A program made the position numbers and the translations under genes. From the sequence record SRR2962707_1184: 64,000 nt of DNA; one strand, written 5' to 3'. The first letter of the stretch is position 1. Every line of letters starts with the position of its first letter. Shown here one piece after another: positions 61,525 to 64,000 of this stretch. The notes below the pieces were generated by a model. The model searched no databases, was not told where the DNA came from, and saw only the letters and a program-made list of their open reading frames with translations.

Positions 61525-62318
61525 TGACGCTCACGCTATTATCAGCAGCGCTGTATGCGTTCAGCTTACTGTGTCTTGGTAGTTTTGCAGCGCTGTTTTC
61601 CATTCGCTGGCCTGCCGTTAATCTCTACTTAGCCGAAAAAGAAGCCCATGAGCTGCTCTCTCTAAATTTTATAAAAACACCGCCCAAAAACAGTGTCTTT
61701 GGACGCTCCTACTGCCCCCATTGTCATCACACCCTAGGCTGGAAAGACACAATTCCTCTGTTTAGCTATTGTTATTTAAAGGGGCAATGCCGCTATTGCG
61801 CCAAGTCAATTTCAGCCTATTATTGGCGCATCGAAATACTGTTTTTGATCACTGGGCTTCCTCTTCTGTGGTTACCGCTCAGTCTTTATGAGCTGATTCT
61901 TAACACCGTTATTATCAGTGCACTGCTCAGCGCGGCCATTATTGATTACCAGCACAGACTCATTCCAAATGAATGCAGCGGCCTTGCCATTGCAGCCGCT
62001 TTAGCGCTAAACATAGGCCCCCCTAATCTAGATGCGTCTATTTTAGGGGTCTTGTTGGGATATGCGATTGTTGCCCTGCTAAGAGAGTGCTATCTTTATT
62101 ATCGAAACAGAGAAGGCATTGGACTTGGCGATGCAAAACTGCTTGCAGCGCTAGGCGCTTGGACATACATGGAATCGTTATTCTCTATTCTTTTGTATGC
62201 CAGCCTTTTAGGTATTGTATATACCGCCCTTTATTATAAGACAGGCAGGCAAAACATACCGTTTGGCCCTTTTTTAGTCATTTCAGGCATCGCCCACTTT
62301 TATTGCATTCACTTATGA
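61524..62318 (+). CDS. pilD: Prepilin peptidase
   Basis: GSF, RSYCPHC...CRYC, IID...LIP, GIGLGDAKL, IPFGPFL. Confidence 0.93.
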   Translation: MTLTLLSAALYAFSLLCLGSFAALFSIRWPAVNLYLAEKEAHELLSLNFIKTPPKNSVFGRSYCPHCHHTLGWKDTIPLFSYCYLKGQCRYCAKSISAYYWRIEILFLITGLPLLWLPLSLYELILNTVIISALLSAAIIDYQHRLIPNECSGLAIAAALALNIGPPNLDASILGVLLGYAIVALLRECYLYYRNREGIGLGDAKLLAALGAWTYMESLFSILLYASLLGIVYTALYYKTGRQNIPFGPFLVISGIAHFYCIHL

Positions 62319-62935
62319 AACAGAATCATTTATCGCCCATTGTTGGGCTTGCTGGCGGCATAGGGTCAGGCAAAACCACCGTGACTCAACGCTTCAACGC
62401 ACTTGGTATTCAAAGCGTCGACGCGGATGACGTTGCCCGTGAAGTTGTCCTTCCAGGATCAGACTGCCTTAACCAAATCGTGGCGCGCTTTGGCGCCAAC
62501 ATTCTATTAACCGATGGCAATTTAGACCGTAAAGCCCTGCGCGACATTGTCTTTAAGCACCCAGACGAAAGGCGCTGGCTTGAGTCCATTACACACCCAA
62601 AGATTAAACAATCCATCGCCGAACAACTGGCCAAAGCCTCTTCTCCTTATGTGTTATTGGTGCACCCTCTGTTGTTCGAAACTGGCCAACATAAAACCTG
62701 TCAACTCGTGATTGCCATTGACGTTCCTAAAGCGCTACAAATAAAGCGCATTATTCACCGAGATGACAGCACTGAAGAGCAAGCTCAAAGCATTATTAAT
62801 GCCCAGATAAGCAATTCAGAACGATTAAAACAAGCGGACTTTATCCTTAAAAACGATAGCAATTTGATTGACTTAGATGATAAAGTCATGGAATTAAACC
62901 AGTGTATTTTAGAACGATTGAATGTAAGAGATTAA
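62315..62935 (+). CDS. coaE: Dephospho-CoA kinase
   Basis: [36 protein letters not shown]. Confidence 0.96.
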   Translation: MKQNHLSPIVGLAGGIGSGKTTVTQRFNALGIQSVDADDVAREVVLPGSDCLNQIVARFGANILLTDGNLDRKALRDIVFKHPDERRWLESITHPKIKQSIAEQLAKASSPYVLLVHPLLFETGQHKTCQLVIAIDVPKALQIKRIIHRDDSTEEQAQSIINAQISNSERLKQADFILKNDSNLIDLDDKVMELNQCILERLNVRD

Positions 62936-62939
62936 AAGA

Positions 62940-63146
62940 ATGACCCTGATTGCCTGCCCTACTTGCCAAAAGAAAACGCCTTGGTCCGAAGAAAACAAAG
63001 ACAGACCTTTTTGCAGTGCAAAATGCAAGCTAATCGATCTAGGGGAATGGGCAAGTGAAAGCTATGCGATTCCACAACAAACCTCAGAGGAAGACGATAT
63101 TTTTTCTGAGGACTTAGCGATGGACCCTAATAAGTCGTTTCTCTAA
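62940..63146 (+). CDS. yacG: DNA gyrase inhibitor YacG
   Basis: CPTC...[16 protein letters not shown]. Confidence 0.95.
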   Translation: MTLIACPTCQKKTPWSEENKDRPFCSAKCKLIDLGEWASESYAIPQQTSEEDDIFSEDLAMDPNKSFL

Positions 63147-63175
63147 CTTAACTAATAAGATACGGATTATCTACA

Positions 63176-64000
63176 ATGGGACTGACTGATTTCTCAAGCC
63201 ACAAAGCCTTGCTCATAGAAGACATGGCCGAAGCCAGAATAATGCAAAAAAAGATGCTAACCGACTTTGGTTTCCAATCGATTGATATCGCCATGAAAGC
63301 GGAAACGGCTATCGATCTACTTAAAACACAATCTTTTGACCTTATTCTATCGGATTACAATCTAGGCAATGGCAAAGATGGTCAGCAGCTACTTGAAGAA
63401 GTACGACATTCCAAACTTATCCCAAATACCGCAACGTATTTAATGGTTACCGCCGAAACCTCGATTGAAATGGTGATGGGTGCGATTGAATTTCAGCCGG
63501 ATGGTTACATCACCAAACCTTTTTCACAAGCGCTATTACAACGCCGACTTGGAAAGCTTTTAGAAATGAAAGCCAAACTAAAACAGGTCAATATTGCACT
63601 TGATAAAAAAGACTTCCCTAAAGCCATCGAAGAAGCCTATAAGGTCATCGAAGCGCACCCTTCTCTAGAAGGAAAATGCCATCGAGTCATCGGTGAATGC
63701 TACTTAGAGATGAAAGAATACCGACAAGCAAAAGAGATTTTTGCGAGCGTGTTAAAAAATCGAAAAATGCCTTGGGCAGTCTTCGGTGAAGCCAGAGCCT
63801 GCTTCTACCTTAATCAACTAGAGCAATCTGAAAGCAAGTTCCGTCAATTAATGCTCGACAACCGTTTCTTTGTCAGCGCTTATGATTGGTTGGCCAAGAT
63901 TAAAATTGCACAAAAAGACAATGCGGCAGCACAAGCCATTTTAATTGACGCGATTGAACGCTCGCCAAAAAACCTATTACGTCAGATGGAGCTGGGCAAA
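63176..64000 (+). CDS. Response regulator, REC plus TPR (partial, runs off window end)
   Basis: Not in the ORF track. Manual translation gives MGLTDFSSHKALLIED...FDLILSDYNLGNGKDGQQLLEE...MVTAE...PDGYITKPF, then helical TPR-like repeats. Confidence 0.88.
   Translation, partial: MGLTDFSSHKALLIEDMAEARIMQKKMLTDFGFQSIDIAMKAETAIDLLKTQSFDLILSDYNLGNGKDGQQLLEEVRHSKLIPNTATYLMVTAETSIEMVMGAIEFQPDGYITKPFSQALLQRRLGKLLEMKAKLKQVNIALDKKDFPKAIEEAYKVIEAHPSLEGKCHRVIGECYLEMKEYRQAKEIFASVLKNRKMPWAVFGEARACFYLNQLEQSESKFRQLMLDNRFFVSAYDWLAKIKIAQKDNAAAQAILIDAIERSPKNLLRQMELGK

Noticed and set aside
1..64000. CRISPR array, IS element, integrase, prophage or defence island; the many short antisense ORFs in the track
   Set aside because: No repeat-spacer array or mobile-element motif was seen; the short ORFs overlap well-supported genes and lack motifs.

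Overview
This is a housekeeping-rich chromosomal window from a gammaproteobacterium; gene content and order suggest a marine Oceanospirillales/Marinomonas-like organism (inference). In order it holds: the 5' end of a tRNA-Lys; a gap-free ruvC-ruvA-ruvB-tolQ-tolR-tolA-tolB-pal-cpoB unit preceded by a LexA box; aspS; a GreA/B-like factor; a Fur-boxed MarR plus siderophore-interacting protein pair; cysDN; a U32/TrhP gene; sodB; a YeeE/YedE pair; a fold-III ornithine/lysine decarboxylase with a structured leader; MOSC, ABC-F, cNMP-binding, RidA, cobO and metH genes; a coiled-coil lipoprotein; a dcyD-like/nadK/rhomboid/YeaC/DUF2797/pepN cluster; ydiJ; pgm; a sigma-54-type MCP plus EAL operon; a patatin; aceEF; nadC-ackA-pta; a reduced type IV pilus cluster with coaE and yacG; and a REC-TPR regulator that runs off the end. 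I saw no CRISPR array, transposase, integrase or phage gene. The best leads are regulatory or structural: possible SOS control of Tol-Pal, switch-like RNA leaders at aceE and the decarboxylase, an orphan terminator or sRNA at ~37.9 kb, the sigma-54 MCP/EAL module, a doubly anchored coiled-coil lipoprotein, and a truncated PilB. All calls come from reading motifs by eye; no database search or folding program was run.
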